DNA from: Octopus sinensis
Lineage: Eukaryota
Assembly (NCBI RefSeq): GCF_006345805.1
Contig: NC_042999.1
Span: 57,040,001 to 57,104,000 of the forward strand
Direction: 5' to 3'
Length of the DNA stretch: 64,000 bases
The translations under genes and the position numbers were made by a program. This document shows, in pieces, positions 12,532-24,700 of the stretch (its first letter is position 1; each line of letters begins with the position of its first letter). The notes under the pieces are model-generated. The model made no database searches and was not told the origin of the DNA. It saw only the letters and a program-made list of their open reading frames with translations.

Positions 12532-12575
12532 ACTTCACTGATGAGGTCATAATATGACTGAAACATGCTTGAAGT
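12532..12575 (+). ncRNA. Degenerate minimal type I hammerhead ribozyme motif (Penelope-like type)
   Basis: Stem I ACTTCA (12532-37) / TGAAGT (12570-75); core CTGATGA (12538-44); stem II GGTCAT/ATGACT; GAAA (12560-63); near-palindromic stem III ACATG(C). Two positions deviate from consensus. Confidence 0.65.
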
Positions 12576-12933
12576 TGTCTTCCATTTGTGCTGAATACTT
12601 TTCATATCATAACATGTGGGGTTTTATTCACACTAGGCACCAAAGTGTGTTTGTATTGTACTCAACTCAGTTTTCATGTCAATCTTCATCTGTAGCCATA
12701 AATGTCGGATAATGACTAAAAGAGTACAAATCATGAAAACAAATGACTGAAATGGAGTTCTTTTGAAGAATCTCTTGGGTAATATTACGAGGTGAACAGC
12801 TCAGAGATCAGGGAGTTTCTCCATATTGAAAGATTGTAGTTCTGGTACTATGGACATGAGATTAGAATGTCAGAGGAAAGAATCACAAAAGAGATTCTTC
12901 AAGGTGAGCCAACTGAGTAAAATATAATAGGTA

Positions 12934-13148
12934 CTCATCATCACCATCATTGTTTAATGTCTGTTTTCCATGTTGGCATAGGTTGGACAGCTTGACAGGA
13001 GCTGGTGAGGTCAGGGGCTGCACCAAGCTCTATAGTCTGTTTTCAGTTTGGTTTCTGCTGGTGGATGCTTTTCCTAATGCCAACCACTGTACAGAATGTA
13101 CTGGATGCTTTTTACATAACGTCATCACTAGTACTTTTTACATGGCAC
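12934..13148 (-). mobile_element. RTE LINE 3'UTR/tail, degenerate
   Basis: Reverse complement of GGTGCCATGTAAAAAGTAC..AGGAAAAGCATCC..TTAAAC(GAT)n. Confidence 0.65.
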
Positions 13149-13819
13149 CTTGGCTTTAGAATATCAGTTATTTGTGGCGAGCAGTGTTGAAATAAGTAAA
13201 ATAGCATCAGTCATTAAATTAGTTAAATGATAACTCTTTCTCTCTACTGAATTAAACAATAACTATTTCCTCAATCTTCTTTACACACATATTTTTCTGA
13301 CATTTTAATGTCACTACTTAATAAAAGTATATTTTCCTCACAAACAGTGAAGGCATGGCAGTGTTGTTAAGAAGATTGCCTTTCAACCACATGGTTTTGG
13401 TCCAATCCCACTGCATGGCACCTTGAGCAAGTGTATTTTATTGTAGCCTCAGGATAGCCAAACCCTTGTGGATGTACAGGATCATGACACTTACCTCAGC
13501 AGAATCTAACTTAAACTAGCTGATGGCACATAGCTAAAACACTCGCAAAACTACTCAAAAAAGAAGCCTCTGTGTAATAAATTGATTTGTTAGAAATACC
13601 AACCAAATCTCTCCCAAATCAGACTCTATTATCTTTTAAAGAATCTGTGTAGTTTGGAGAATACACCAAATAGCTTTGAGCAGTTCTTGATACAGAATGT
13701 CTGATAAACCAGATGGCCATGGCTTGAACAACTCTGTTACAGGTCTGCTAGAATGCTCTTGATTGTAGATCAGGGCTGAACTTCTGACATTCCATGAAAG
13801 TTGCAAACGAGTTTCACTG

Positions 13820-14008
13820 TCATACAAGCAGTGTCATTAATTTCCAATATTCTGCAAACACGTGTTTGACCATTGGGAAATATTCCTTGCTTGGAAACAG
13901 GTGAAGGTTGGTGATAAGAAAGCTATTCAGTCATAGAAAACCTGTCTCAAAAAACCCTGTTTGACCCATGCAAGCGTGGAAGAGTGGACCTTTGAAGGAT
14001 GATGATAT
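13820..14008 (+). mobile_element. RTE-tailed SINE (family D) 3' part
   Basis: GGGAAATATTCCTTGCTTGGAAACAGGTGAAGGTTGGTGA..CCCATGCAAGCGTGGAAGAGTGGAC..GATGATGAT. Confidence 0.7.
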
Positions 14009-14032
14009 AATTTTTAAGTTACAGGAAAAAGA

Positions 14033-14352
14033 AATTATATCATAACTCACCAAAAATATGACAGCACAGACAAATGAAGTCAGGGCTGACTTAAGGTTAA
14101 ACAACAAGAATATTGTCACAACAGCAATCCATAGACCAGTATTGGGCAACCTGCAGCCTACAGGACTTTCTGAATGCCTAACAAAAAGTTACCTTGAATT
14201 TTTTTTATTGTACAGCCCATCTGATGATGAGCAATGTCTCATGTAGCTTGCTTCTTGAAAAAGGTTTCTCATCACTGCCATAGACTGTAATTGTTGTACT
14301 TCCTCTTCTGGCATGGAGTGAGCTGAAATTACTACAGCTATGTTCAGATGCT
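14033..14352 (+). repeat. Donor segment, present in inverted orientation at 24849-25172
   Basis: Reverse-complement match that includes the hAT MITE, both TSD copies and flanks on both sides. Confidence 0.88.
14137..14277. mobile_element. hAT-type MITE (141 bp)
   Basis: Imperfect TIRs CAGTATTGGGCAACCT / AGGTTTCTCATCACTG; exact 8-bp TSD CCATAGAC (14129-36, 14278-85). Confidence 0.85.
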
Positions 14353-15101
14353 GATTCTCTTCAAAGCGAAGATCTACTCACATTAAAATCTTGCTCACAT
14401 ATTTGGAGTGATGTCACAAGATTTTGGACCAAATAACTTAGTCAGTCACAGCATTTGTTGATAATGAATAAATTAGAAAATAGATTACTTAAAAATAAAA
14501 GTAAAAAGTAACAAATAAGAAAAAAAGTAAACAGAAACAGAAATTCCATTAACGAACATTTTATTTTGATGGAAATGTTTGTAAAACTGTCATTTTGTCA
14601 AGTTTAAGCTATACTGTCCCTCACCATTATTGGAAAGTAAGACATATTATTGTTCTGGGTTTCTTTTGCAAATCAGTTTATATGAATTGACAGATATAAA
14701 AACAAAAATATCAAAGTTAAAGAACTGCATGATTCCAGATTATAGAATTGGTCACACACACACAAAGCAATCATTCACACCAGTATGTGTGTATGTGCAC
14801 ATATATTCAAACATATACATACACATGTGTTCATTGAAGTGCACATAAATAAGTATCTGCATACATCTGCACAAACATATACATCCGCATACACATGCTA
14901 CTATGCATAAATGCATGTGTATAAACAAGCGCACACACATGCACAAGATGCAAAACATGTATGCACACATTCAGCCACATGCGCGGACACGCACACATAC
15001 ACACACAGACCTACGCACACAGACACATATATTGCAGATATATAAACAAGCACGCAATCACACGCAGACATACATTACATTCTCATACATCACATACATT
15101 C

Positions 15102-15517
15102 AGGCGCAGGAGTGGCTGTGTGGTAAGTAGCTTGCTTACCAACCACATGGTTCCGGGTTCATTCCCACTGCGTGGCACCTTGGGCAAGTGCCTTCTACTA
15201 TAGCCTCAAGCTGACCAAAGCCTTGCGAGTGGATTTGGTAGAGGGAAACTGTAAAAAGCCTGTTGTATATATGTATATATATATATGTATGGGTGTATAT
15301 ACGTTTGTGTGTCTGTGTTTGCCCCTCCCCCCCACATCGCTTGACAACTGATGCTGGTGTGTTTACGTCCCCGTAACTTAGTGGTTCAGCAGAAGAGACT
15401 GATAGAATAAGTACTAGGCTTCCAAAGAATAAGTCCTGGGGTCAATTTGCTCGACTAAAAGTGGTGCTCCAGCATGGCCGCAGTAAAATGACTGAAACAA
15501 GCAAAAGAGATAAAGAG
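15102..15517 (+). mobile_element. SINE family A, full length
   Basis: AGGCGCAGGAGTGGCTGTGTGGTAAGTAGC head through GACTGAAACAAGCAAAAGAG tail. Confidence 0.9.
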
Positions 15518-15943
15518 ATTCACACACCACACATACAGCTTACATATTTACATTACACATACATACAAGCACACAAACATTTACACACATACTTCAAGAA
15601 ATTCAACAGTATGTCTGAAGAAGTTGATTATTTTGGAAATGCATTTTATTTGTTTCCGATTGTATTGGATAGGATGTCTTGAGTTAATGATTCTCCTCCC
15701 CTTCCTTCCTCTCCCTATCTCTCTCGCTCTCCTCTTTGTTTGTGTCTCCACCTTCCTCAATATATATATATATATGTTAACCCTCCCCAACATTCTCTCT
15801 CCCACACAGCTTGTCTGTCTCTGATAGTTTTGTTTTTCACTGAAAACAAATTTTTTAATGAAATAAATCACTAGTTGTGATTAGGCCTAAAAAATTATTT
15901 GAAATTATCAGAAATGTAATTAAAAGAAATTAACAAATATTTT

Positions 15944-16011
<68 letters not shown>

Positions 16012-16021
16012 CATTATTATT

Positions 16022-16235
16022 TTCTATTCTAGGCACAAGGCCTTGAACATTTTTGAAGGGAAGGGGACTAGTCAATTACATCGACCTCAGTGCCTAACTG
16101 GTACTTATTTCATTGACCCTGAAAGGATGAAAGGCAAAGTTATCTTCAGAGGAATTTGAACACAGAACATAGCAGCAGATGAAATACTGCTAAGCATTTC
16201 ACCTGGCATGCTAATAATTCTGCCATCTTTCGCCT
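16022..16235 (-). mobile_element. SINE family C
   Basis: Reverse complement of head and body; adjacent (TAA)/(TTA)n tract at 15948-16020. Confidence 0.75.
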
Positions 16236-16236
16236 T

Positions 16237-16786
16237 AGTGGCTCTCATAGCTTCTGATCTTAACTGATTGGAAGTGTTATCATGTACATTATTTTGTTTT
16301 GGTATAAAAGATGGGCTAACAGCAAATATTCTGCTCAATACCACAGATTTGCTTGTCGGTTGCTTGACCTTAACCAGTTGACCCTGTCCCTTAGTGGCTG
16401 ACGATATGTGCATCTCTGATCACGAGCAGAAGTAGTTGGGGAGCATCATAGCCATGTGTTGAGAGGAATTCTTTGCGGTTTGGATAATTCACCTTTGGAA
16501 ACATGGATGTTTCATTCAACACCCTTAAACAATCCTTATTCAGGGACCTTTTCAGCTAGATGGGTTACTCGACCAGAAGAAAATTCTAATTGGGCCCCAC
16601 CTGCAAGGTCATGCGCTGTTAATCTTGATATGAGATCACCATGTCTTGCATTTATGGTTGTGATACATGTGCCTAGTGTACCCTTATCACATGGTTAGTT
16701 ATGATGGGTATACTGGACTTTGTATATTTTACTCCAGTGTCACTTCAATGGCATGCACTGCTCTCTCACTCAATATTAATAATAAT
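16237..16786 (+). mobile_element. Family F retroposon, copy 2
   Basis: Matches the reverse complement of 8062-8625; ends CTCTCTCACTC-AATA(TT)AATAATAAT. Confidence 0.8.
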
Positions 16787-17147
16787 ATCAACAATTCTTT
16801 AAAGTGTCTTTATGTTCTGAGTTCAAATTCCACCAAAGTCGACATTTCCTTTCATCCTTTTGGGGATGGATAAATTAAGTACCAGTTGCATACTGGAGTC
16901 AATCTAATCAACTGGCCCCACCTCCCAAAAATTTCGGGCCTTGTGCCTAGAGTAGAAAAGAATATTAATGGTTCTTTGTAATTTTGGCACAAGGCCAACA
17001 ATTTTGATGGAAGAATGTAAGTCAATTACACTGACCCCAGTATTTAACTGGTACATTATTTTTAAGCAGACCACTTCCCCAGTAGAAAACTTTAAAAAGA
17101 ATAGTTTAATTACTGTTAATTTATCAGAAGTTTTATAATATATAAAG

Positions 17148-17437
17148 TCATCATCATCATCGTTTAACGTCCGCTTTCCATGCTAGCATGGGTTGGATGA
17201 TTGACTGACAATTTGACTGAGGACTGGCAAGCCAGATGGCTGCACCAGGTTCCAATCTGATCTGGCAGAGTTTCTACAGCTGGGTGCCCTTTCTAACACC
17301 AACCACTCCAAGTGTGTAGTGGGTGCTTTTACATGCCACCAGCATGAGGGCCAGTCAGGCGGTACTGGCAACAGCCATGCTCAAATGGTGTTTTTTAAGT
17401 GCCACCTGCACAGGAGTTAGTCCAACGGTACTGGCAA
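17148..17437 (-). mobile_element. RTE LINE 3'UTR/tail
   Basis: (CAT)n-CGTTTAACGTCCGCTTTCCATGCTAGCATGGG.. with two GTGCTTTTACATGCCACC-type units. Confidence 0.8.
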
Positions 17438-17449
17438 CAACCTCACTTT

Positions 17450-17639
17450 TTTTTAAGTCAAAGAAATCAATCCCCAGGCTTATTATTTTAAGCCTAGTAC
17501 TTATTCTTTCAGTCTCTTTTACTGAACTGCTAAGTTACGGGGGAGTAAACACAGCAACATCAGTTGTTAAGCAATGGTGGAGGGACAAACACGGACACAA
17601 AGACACACACACATAAATACATACATGTACATACATACA

Positions 17640-17673
<34 letters not shown>

Positions 17674-17675
17674 CA

Positions 17676-17710
<35 letters not shown>

Positions 17711-17866
17711 GATGAGCTTCTTTAAGTTTCCATCTATAAATCCACCCGCAAGGCTTTGCTAGTCCCAAGCCTATTGTAGAAGACACTTGCCCAAGGTTCC
17801 ATGTAGTGTGACTGAGCCCAGAACCATGTGGCTGGGTAGCAAGCTTCTTACCACACAGCCACACCT
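17450..17866 (-). mobile_element. SINE family A (3'-incomplete) with (TACA)n
   Basis: Body and head motifs in reverse complement. Confidence 0.8.
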
Positions 17867-17879
17867 ATATATATATATA

Positions 17880-17914
<35 letters not shown>

Positions 17915-18179
17915 ATATATATATACACACACACATAGAAGGTTGATTGCTATGGCTGGTCAGAGTGACCGTTGCTTTTGAAGTTACATAGTACTTAGCT
18001 GTATAGGCAACTTGTCGGACTCAAAAGGCTTGAGGCATATAACTTTTCTATGCTTTATAGGTGTGAATCCAATGGTCATTTTCTGTCTAGCCATAACAAT
18101 CAACCTTCTACTATGAATACATTCCTGCTCTAATGTTTATTTGAATATATGAACTACTGACAATACATATGTGTGTGTG

Positions 18180-18214
<35 letters not shown>

Positions 18215-18215
<1 letters not shown>

Positions 18216-18359
18216 GGCGTTAGGAAGGGCATCCAGCTGTACTGCCACATCTGACTGGCCTGGTGCAGCCTTCGGGCTTCCCAGACCCCAGTTGAACCGT
18301 CCAACCCATGCTAGCATGGAAAGCGGACGTTAAACGATGATGATGATGATGATGATGAT
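18215..18359 (+). mobile_element. RTE LINE terminal ~145 bp
   Basis: TGGCGTTAGGAAGGGCATCCAGC..CCCATGCTAGCATGGAAAGCGGACGTTAAAC(GAT)n, inside a TA tract. Confidence 0.85.
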
Positions 18360-18375
18360 ATAAATATATATATAT

Positions 18376-18940
18376 ATCATCATCATCATCATCGTTTAAC
18401 ATCCATTTTCCATGCTAGCATGGGTTGGACGTTTCAACCGGGGTCTGGGAAGCCAGGGGGCTGCACCAGGCTCCAGTCTGATCTGGCAGTGTTTCTACAG
18501 CTGGATGCTCTTCCAAATGCCAAGCACTCCATGAGTGTAGTGGGTGCTTTTTATGTGCCAGGTGAGGCTGGCAGCAGCCGCGTTCGGATGGTGCTTTTTA
18601 CATGCTACTGGCATGGGTATCACAACTACAATTTCCATTTGATTATGATATACTTGATTCAATAGGTCTCTTCAAGCACAACAGGTCACCCTACAATCCA
18701 AGGTAAACACAGCCGGCCATCCTGCAAGCTTTGAACTCACTTCATTTGTCAGGTCTTCGCAATCACAGCATATCTCCAGAGGTCTCGATCTTTCGTCATT
18801 GCCTCTGTGAGGCCCAACGTTCGAAGGTCATGCTTGACCATCTCATCCCATGTCTTCCTGGGTCTACTTCTACACCAGATTCCTTTACCTGTTTGGGAGT
18901 GACACTTCTTCACACATCTCTCCTCATCCATCAATAGTAC
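18376..18940 (-). mobile_element. 5'-truncated RTE LINE: ORF2 C-terminus, 3'UTR and (GAT)n tail
   Basis: Minus strand reads MDEERCVKKC..RSRPRKTWDEMVKHDLRTLGLTEAMTKDRDLWR (the RTE RGRPRKTW motif), running straight into the 3'UTR shared by all the (GAT)n-tailed copies. Confidence 0.85.
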
Positions 18941-18965
18941 ATATATATATATATATATATACATG

Positions 18966-19310
18966 TACAGGTATGGCTGTGTGGTAAGAAATTTGCTTCT
19001 CAGCCACATGGTTCTTGGTTCAATCACACAACATTGCACCTTGGGCAAGTGGCTTCAACTGTAGCACCAGGCCGACCAAAGACTTGTAAGTGGATTGGTA
19101 GAATCCCATTGTGTGTGTGTATGATCTATATGTATACGTGTTTGTGTTTGACCACTACTGCTGCTTGACAACTTGTTTATGTACTTGTAACTTAGTGGTT
19201 CAACAAAAGAGTGTGATAAAATAAGTACCAGGCATGAGAAAGAGGGGAAAATGTACTGGAATTGATTTGTGCAACTAAACCTTTAAAGGTGGTGCCCCAG
19301 CATGGCTGCA
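18966..19310 (+). mobile_element. SINE family A, degenerate
   Basis: Head and tail motifs. Confidence 0.75.
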
Positions 19311-19486
19311 GTATAATGTATTATCTAGTTGGTTTGGTGCATCACACCAGCCCTGCTTTTAAGATGAAATTATTTCAACAATACTTTTACACAAGACTGC
19401 TGTGAAAGTATAATGTTGATCTCAATAGATTACTGATGCTAATTTTATTGAAGAAATGACTGAAAAATGGAGCTGATACTCTCAGC

Positions 19487-19880
19487 TGTACTTGTTTCAG
19501 TCATTTGACTATGGCCATGCTGGAGCACCGCCTTTAGTTGAGAAAATCGACCGCAGGACTTATTCTTTGTAAGCCTTGTACTTATTCTATCAGCCTCTTT
19601 TGCTGAACCGCTAAGTTACAGGGACGTAAACACACCAGCATTGGTTGTCAAGCGATGTTGGGGGGGACAAACACAGACACAAACATACACACACACATAT
19701 ATATATATAGATAGATATGATGGGCTTCTTTCAATTTCCGCCTAGCAAATCCACTCACAAGGCTTTGGTCGGTCCGAGGCTATAGTAGAAGTCACTTGCC
19801 CAAGGTGCCATGCAGTGGGACTAAATCCGGAACCATGTGGTTCGTAAGCAAGCTACTTACCACACAGCCGCTCCTACGCT
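19487..19880 (-). mobile_element. SINE family A, full length
   Basis: Reverse complement of the family consensus. Confidence 0.88.
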
Positions 19881-21359
19881 TATGTCAATAATATCGGAAT
19901 TCAGAAATAGTATGAAGTAAAGCATTTATAAAAAAAACTGTATTCACCTCGTAGTTTCGCCCCCAAAATAAGGGCCAATGAAGCAGAGCTTTGATCAAAA
20001 GTGTTTCAGCAGAGACTACTTCATCTGTCTTTGTCAGGAACAATTTTGTTCAAAGTAGACTGTAGGATGCGCACATTCAGGGAGATTTGGCTGCTATTCC
20101 TAGTAAACTGAGCCAATGAACAAACTATTAGAACTCAGTTATGAGCATGAACTGTTTGAATAAATAATCTTTATTACAGAATGCACTTTGCTGAATTAAC
20201 CTTTCTCTCAGCTATGAAGTAAGACTGTCACTTACTGTCTGCTAGATTCACACATTCGAACAAAGTAACCCATCTTGTCTACAGTCGCAACGCCATTGTA
20301 ATTGAATGATAAGAATTCAACAACTCTTGAGTTAACATTTCAGCACAGCACAGCAGTCACAACTGATACTGCCATAAATATCAGCTGAAAATTATTTCAA
20401 TTAGAATTTCGCTTGAAAAGAAATGGAAATTTAGTTTTTCGAGCAGAGAGAAATCAATAATTAAAATGAATCAGACCCAATTGTATATGCAAGTGGACAT
20501 TATTATCAACTGAGTTCAAAGTATGGAAAAACATTTTTCTAATGCGAAATCTAAATGTTCTGAATTTAATAAATTATTATTCTTTTTTTGTATATTTTTT
20601 CTAGTTAGTATTTTTTTTTTCCTTTTACATAACTCAGCAAATAATAGCTGAGACATAAAAATGAATTATTTTTGGAGTAGGAGAGCAACAATGACATGGC
20701 TGCCTTAACTGAAGTTAAAATATGCAAATTATATCAGATAAATAAAGTAACCAATTATCTGATGTGGCCTAATGATGGTCAGCAATAAGCAACACACGAT
20801 GCCAATGTTGCTATATGCCATGCCTTTGTGATTCAGTGAAGATAAAACAGAAACAAAAAAAAAGGAAAAACCAAAACCAACAAAACATGAAATCATTACT
20901 GTGTAATTAATAATCATTGATTAAATCATTTTCTATCAAATAAATATAGACAAATATAACATTGCTGCTTCAGTATAGTTTATCAAAATAAAGTGTTTAT
21001 GTAGGGAAATAAGTTGAACTTTAAATATCTGGCTAATTTAAGGCTCATAATGATCAATTCCTGTGTCAGGGATGTGTGTGTGTATGTGTGTGGGTGTGTG
21101 TGGGTGTGATTTGTTTGCTTAATGGTTGGTTTTCCATGCAAGCAAGGGTCCAGATGGAGAGTTGAGGCAGAATTTTATGACTGGATGCTCTTCCTGTCAC
21201 CAACTCTCATCCACTTTTCAAGTAAAAAAAAAACAAAAAAAAAACACAAATAAACAGGCCTTCAGAAATACAGAGCAACAAGTCACAATGTCAACATGGA
21301 ATGTCATCACCACCACTTTGCTTAGGGGATGACAATCGTGAAATATAAATAAGCACATG

Positions 21360-21391
<32 letters not shown>

Positions 21392-21410
21392 ACATAAACA
21401 TACACACACA

Positions 21411-21455
<45 letters not shown>

Positions 21456-21476
21456 AACACACACCCATGCATGTTC

Positions 21477-22460
21477 AGGCATGGCTGTGTGACTGAGCAG
21501 TTCGCTTCCAGCCACATGGTTTTTTTTGAGTTCAGGCCCACAGCATTGCATTTTGGGCAAGTGTCTTCTATTGGCCCAGAGGTAACCAAAGCCTTGTGAG
21601 TGGATTTGGTTGATGTGAACTGAAAGAAGCTCATCATGTGTGTGTGTGTGTTTGTATCTCTTTGTATTGACATCACATGATTGTTATGAGCAAGTGTCAC
21701 TGTCATATAAGTGGTGTCATTCATTACCAGTCCTCTTTAAAAATATGTTTGGCCAAGGAGAAATATTGGGTTGTCCAGAAAGTTTGTACTAATTTTTAAA
21801 GGAAAGAAAAAGGTCAATAAATACTTGCCATTACATTTTTAATCAACCAAATATGAACCATTTTGTTGGACAATGCATCTCCATCTTTCCTTTAACTTGA
21901 AAATACCCTTTTCCCAGAATTGAGGTGATTTCATGGCAAAGAATTCATCAAGGTATCTTTTTACCTCATCCAACGAATTGAAATTTTTACCATTAAGACT
22001 ATTCTGCAGAGACCTGAATAAGTGGAAATCTGAAGGAGCAATATCTGGTGAATATGGAGGGTTGGGTTAACACTTCCCAGCCAAGCTGCAGCAATTTTTG
22101 TCTGGTTCCCAAAGCATCAAGTGCCGAAAATGAACTTTCTTGTCTTCCATTTTAAAGGGTTACAGAATTAACACAGGTTATAGGAACATAAACCTTCTTC
22201 CATGAAAAGATAGCTTAAACTGTGCTCTAAATGGAGGTGTAGTCAAATCCTATTTTATGGACTCAACCATGTTCTAAAATAAGTTGAAATGTAAGCTACT
22301 ATAAATGGGCACGAACTTTCCAGACAACCCAATATTATCTTACTTGGAAACATGTGAGGGTTGGTGACAGGAAGGGCATCCAACTAGAGAAAATCTGACT
22401 CAACATATTCGATCTGACCACCTGCAAGCACAGAAAAGTGAATGTTTAGATGGTGATGAT
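21477..22460 (+). mobile_element. SINE with family A head and RTE-derived tail (complete family D), interrupted by mariner
   Basis: A-type head CAGGCATGGCTGTGTG.., (GT)n, then GGAGAAATA|mariner|TTATCTTACTTGGAAAC..AGGAAGGGCATCC..GATGGTGATGATG. Confidence 0.75.
21766..22332 (-). mobile_element. Internally deleted mariner element (567 bp), copy 2
   Basis: Same TIRs and same internal deletion as 4133-4698; TA TSD at 21764-65 and 22333-34. Confidence 0.92.
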
Positions 22461-22632
22461 GAGCAAACTTCTTGCTGCTTCTGTCAACCAAACTCTCTCA
22501 TATGACGTTGGTCGACCTGGAACTATAGTAGAAGACACCCAAAGAGCTGTACAGTGAGACTGAACCCAAGACCACATGGTTGTGAAGAAAACTGTTTGAC
22601 CACACAATCATACATGAGCGCGCACACACACA

Positions 22633-22674
<42 letters not shown>

Positions 22675-22964
22675 CACACGCACACACATTCTTCCTGTAA
22701 CCAACTCCTGTTCTTCAAGTAAGGTATTCTAATTCCACTGGGTCTTAACATGTTAAAAATCAATGAAAGTTTTGATCAATGAGATGTAAACAAACATCAA
22801 GGCTTTTGCTCAAAAAGTGTCAATATGAAGACAAAAATAACACACACAAAGATATAAACAAATACATGCCCGAAATATATAAACATTTACATACAATTTC
22901 CTACTACACAATTTCATTAACCACATTTCACTCACAAGGTATGAATCAGTCCGAGGCTCTTGTA

Positions 22965-23361
22965 AAGAGCAATTTGTCCAAGGTGCCATGCAGTGGGATA
23001 GAACCCAAAACCACATGACTGTGAAGCAAACTTCCTAACTAAACAACCATACCTGTGTCTATTCCATGCTACCACCTATGGTCATTCCTGTACCTACAAC
23101 CATGACTGCACCTCTCGTCATACTCTTTTTCACTTGTTTCAGTCATGTGACTGTTGCCATGTTGGAGCACCGCCTTTAGTCGAGCAAATCGACCCCAGGA
23201 CTTATTCATTTTTTTGTAAGCCCAGTACTTATTCTATTGGTCTCTTTTGCTGAACTCCTAAGTTACTGGGACGTAAACACACTAGCATCGGTTGTCAAGC
23301 TATGTTGGGGGGACAAACACAGACACACAAACATATACACACGTGTACATATATATATATG

Positions 23362-23421
<60 letters not shown>

Positions 23422-23451
23422 TACGACGGGCTTCTTTTCAGTTTCCATCTA
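22965..23451 (+). repeat. Segment X, directly repeated at 25519-26012
   Basis: A SINE head fragment, a unique spacer (CATGCTAC..GGTCATTCCTGTACCTACAACCATGACTGCACCTCTCGTCATACTC) and a SINE tail are all shared. Confidence 0.88.
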
Positions 23452-23891
23452 CCAAATCCACTCACAAGGCTTTCTAATTTTGGCACAAAGTTAGCAATTT
23501 TAGAGAAAGGGGGTTAGTCAATAACATCAACCCAAGTGCACATCTGGTACTTATTTTATCAACCTCAAACGGATGAAAGGCAAAGTCACCCTCAGTTGGA
23601 GTTGAACTCAGAATGTTAAAAGCCAGAAGAAGTGTCACAAAGTTTTGTATCTAATGTGCTAGTCTGTGTTCTGCTAGTCTGCCGCCTTGCTTTAAATTTT
23701 GGCACAAAGCCAGCAATTTGAGAGGCGGTGTAAGTCAATTACATCAACCCCAGCACTTGATTGGAACTTTGTTTTACTAACCCCAAAAGAATTATCTCAA
23801 TGGATTTGAAGTCAGAATATAAAGAGATGGGGAAATGTTGCACGGTAAATTTTTAGATGATCTAATAATTCTGTCAGCTTGCTGCTTCAAG

Positions 23892-24060
23892 TTATATATG
23901 ATAATTATAATTATTTAAAAATTCTAAACAATTATTTTTAAATCTGTATTTTGTTTCCATAAAGTGGTTAGCATCTCTATTTTGTTTCCATAAAGTGGTT
24001 TATCCTATAGTACTATGCTCACATTAACAATATATTAGTAATATTTTGTCTAATTATAAG
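23892..24060 (+). repeat. Segment Y, repeated in inverted orientation at 26058-26195
   Basis: Unique AT-rich sequence matching in reverse complement; the 26-kb copy lacks a 31-nt internal repeat. Confidence 0.88.
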
Positions 24061-24700
24061 GATGGGATGAATTGGTTCTTAATTTTATGGAAAGAATATT
24101 TGGGAAAAAAAGTTTATACACAATATATAATTAATTCAAACAATATTATTCATGGTATAGATGAATACATTATGGAGATTAGGTAGATTTTAAACACAAA
24201 TAATTATAATATTCATCTTTATGTGGTATAAATCATGGCATTTTGTAGAGTGAGAAATAAAAAAAAAAACGTGTGAATATATTGGTTCATGTGAATATGT
24301 ATTCCTCCTTTGTGCATGTGTGTTTGTGTGTGTGTGTGTGTGTGTTAATCATATACACATATGTGCTTGTGTATGTGTGTGCATGACCATATGTATGTAC
24401 ATACACACAGAGATAAATTTTCTGTTGGATAAGATGCTGATCTAAGACAAAATAATATTTCCAGATAATCTGTTCTATATTCTTGAGAATTAAGTGAACT
24501 GAGATAATGCAAAATAAAGTGCTTTGTATGGAAATTGAACAAAACATCTCTAGCAGATTTGAACCTATGACTTGTGATTCATTCTTCGTCAACATGATAT
24601 AAAACAACAGTACTGAACATTTTGTTTGCACTATGGACCAATTGCATACAAAACAACTTTTCTACAAACTGGTGAATCATGTATAGGTGCTGAAATCATA

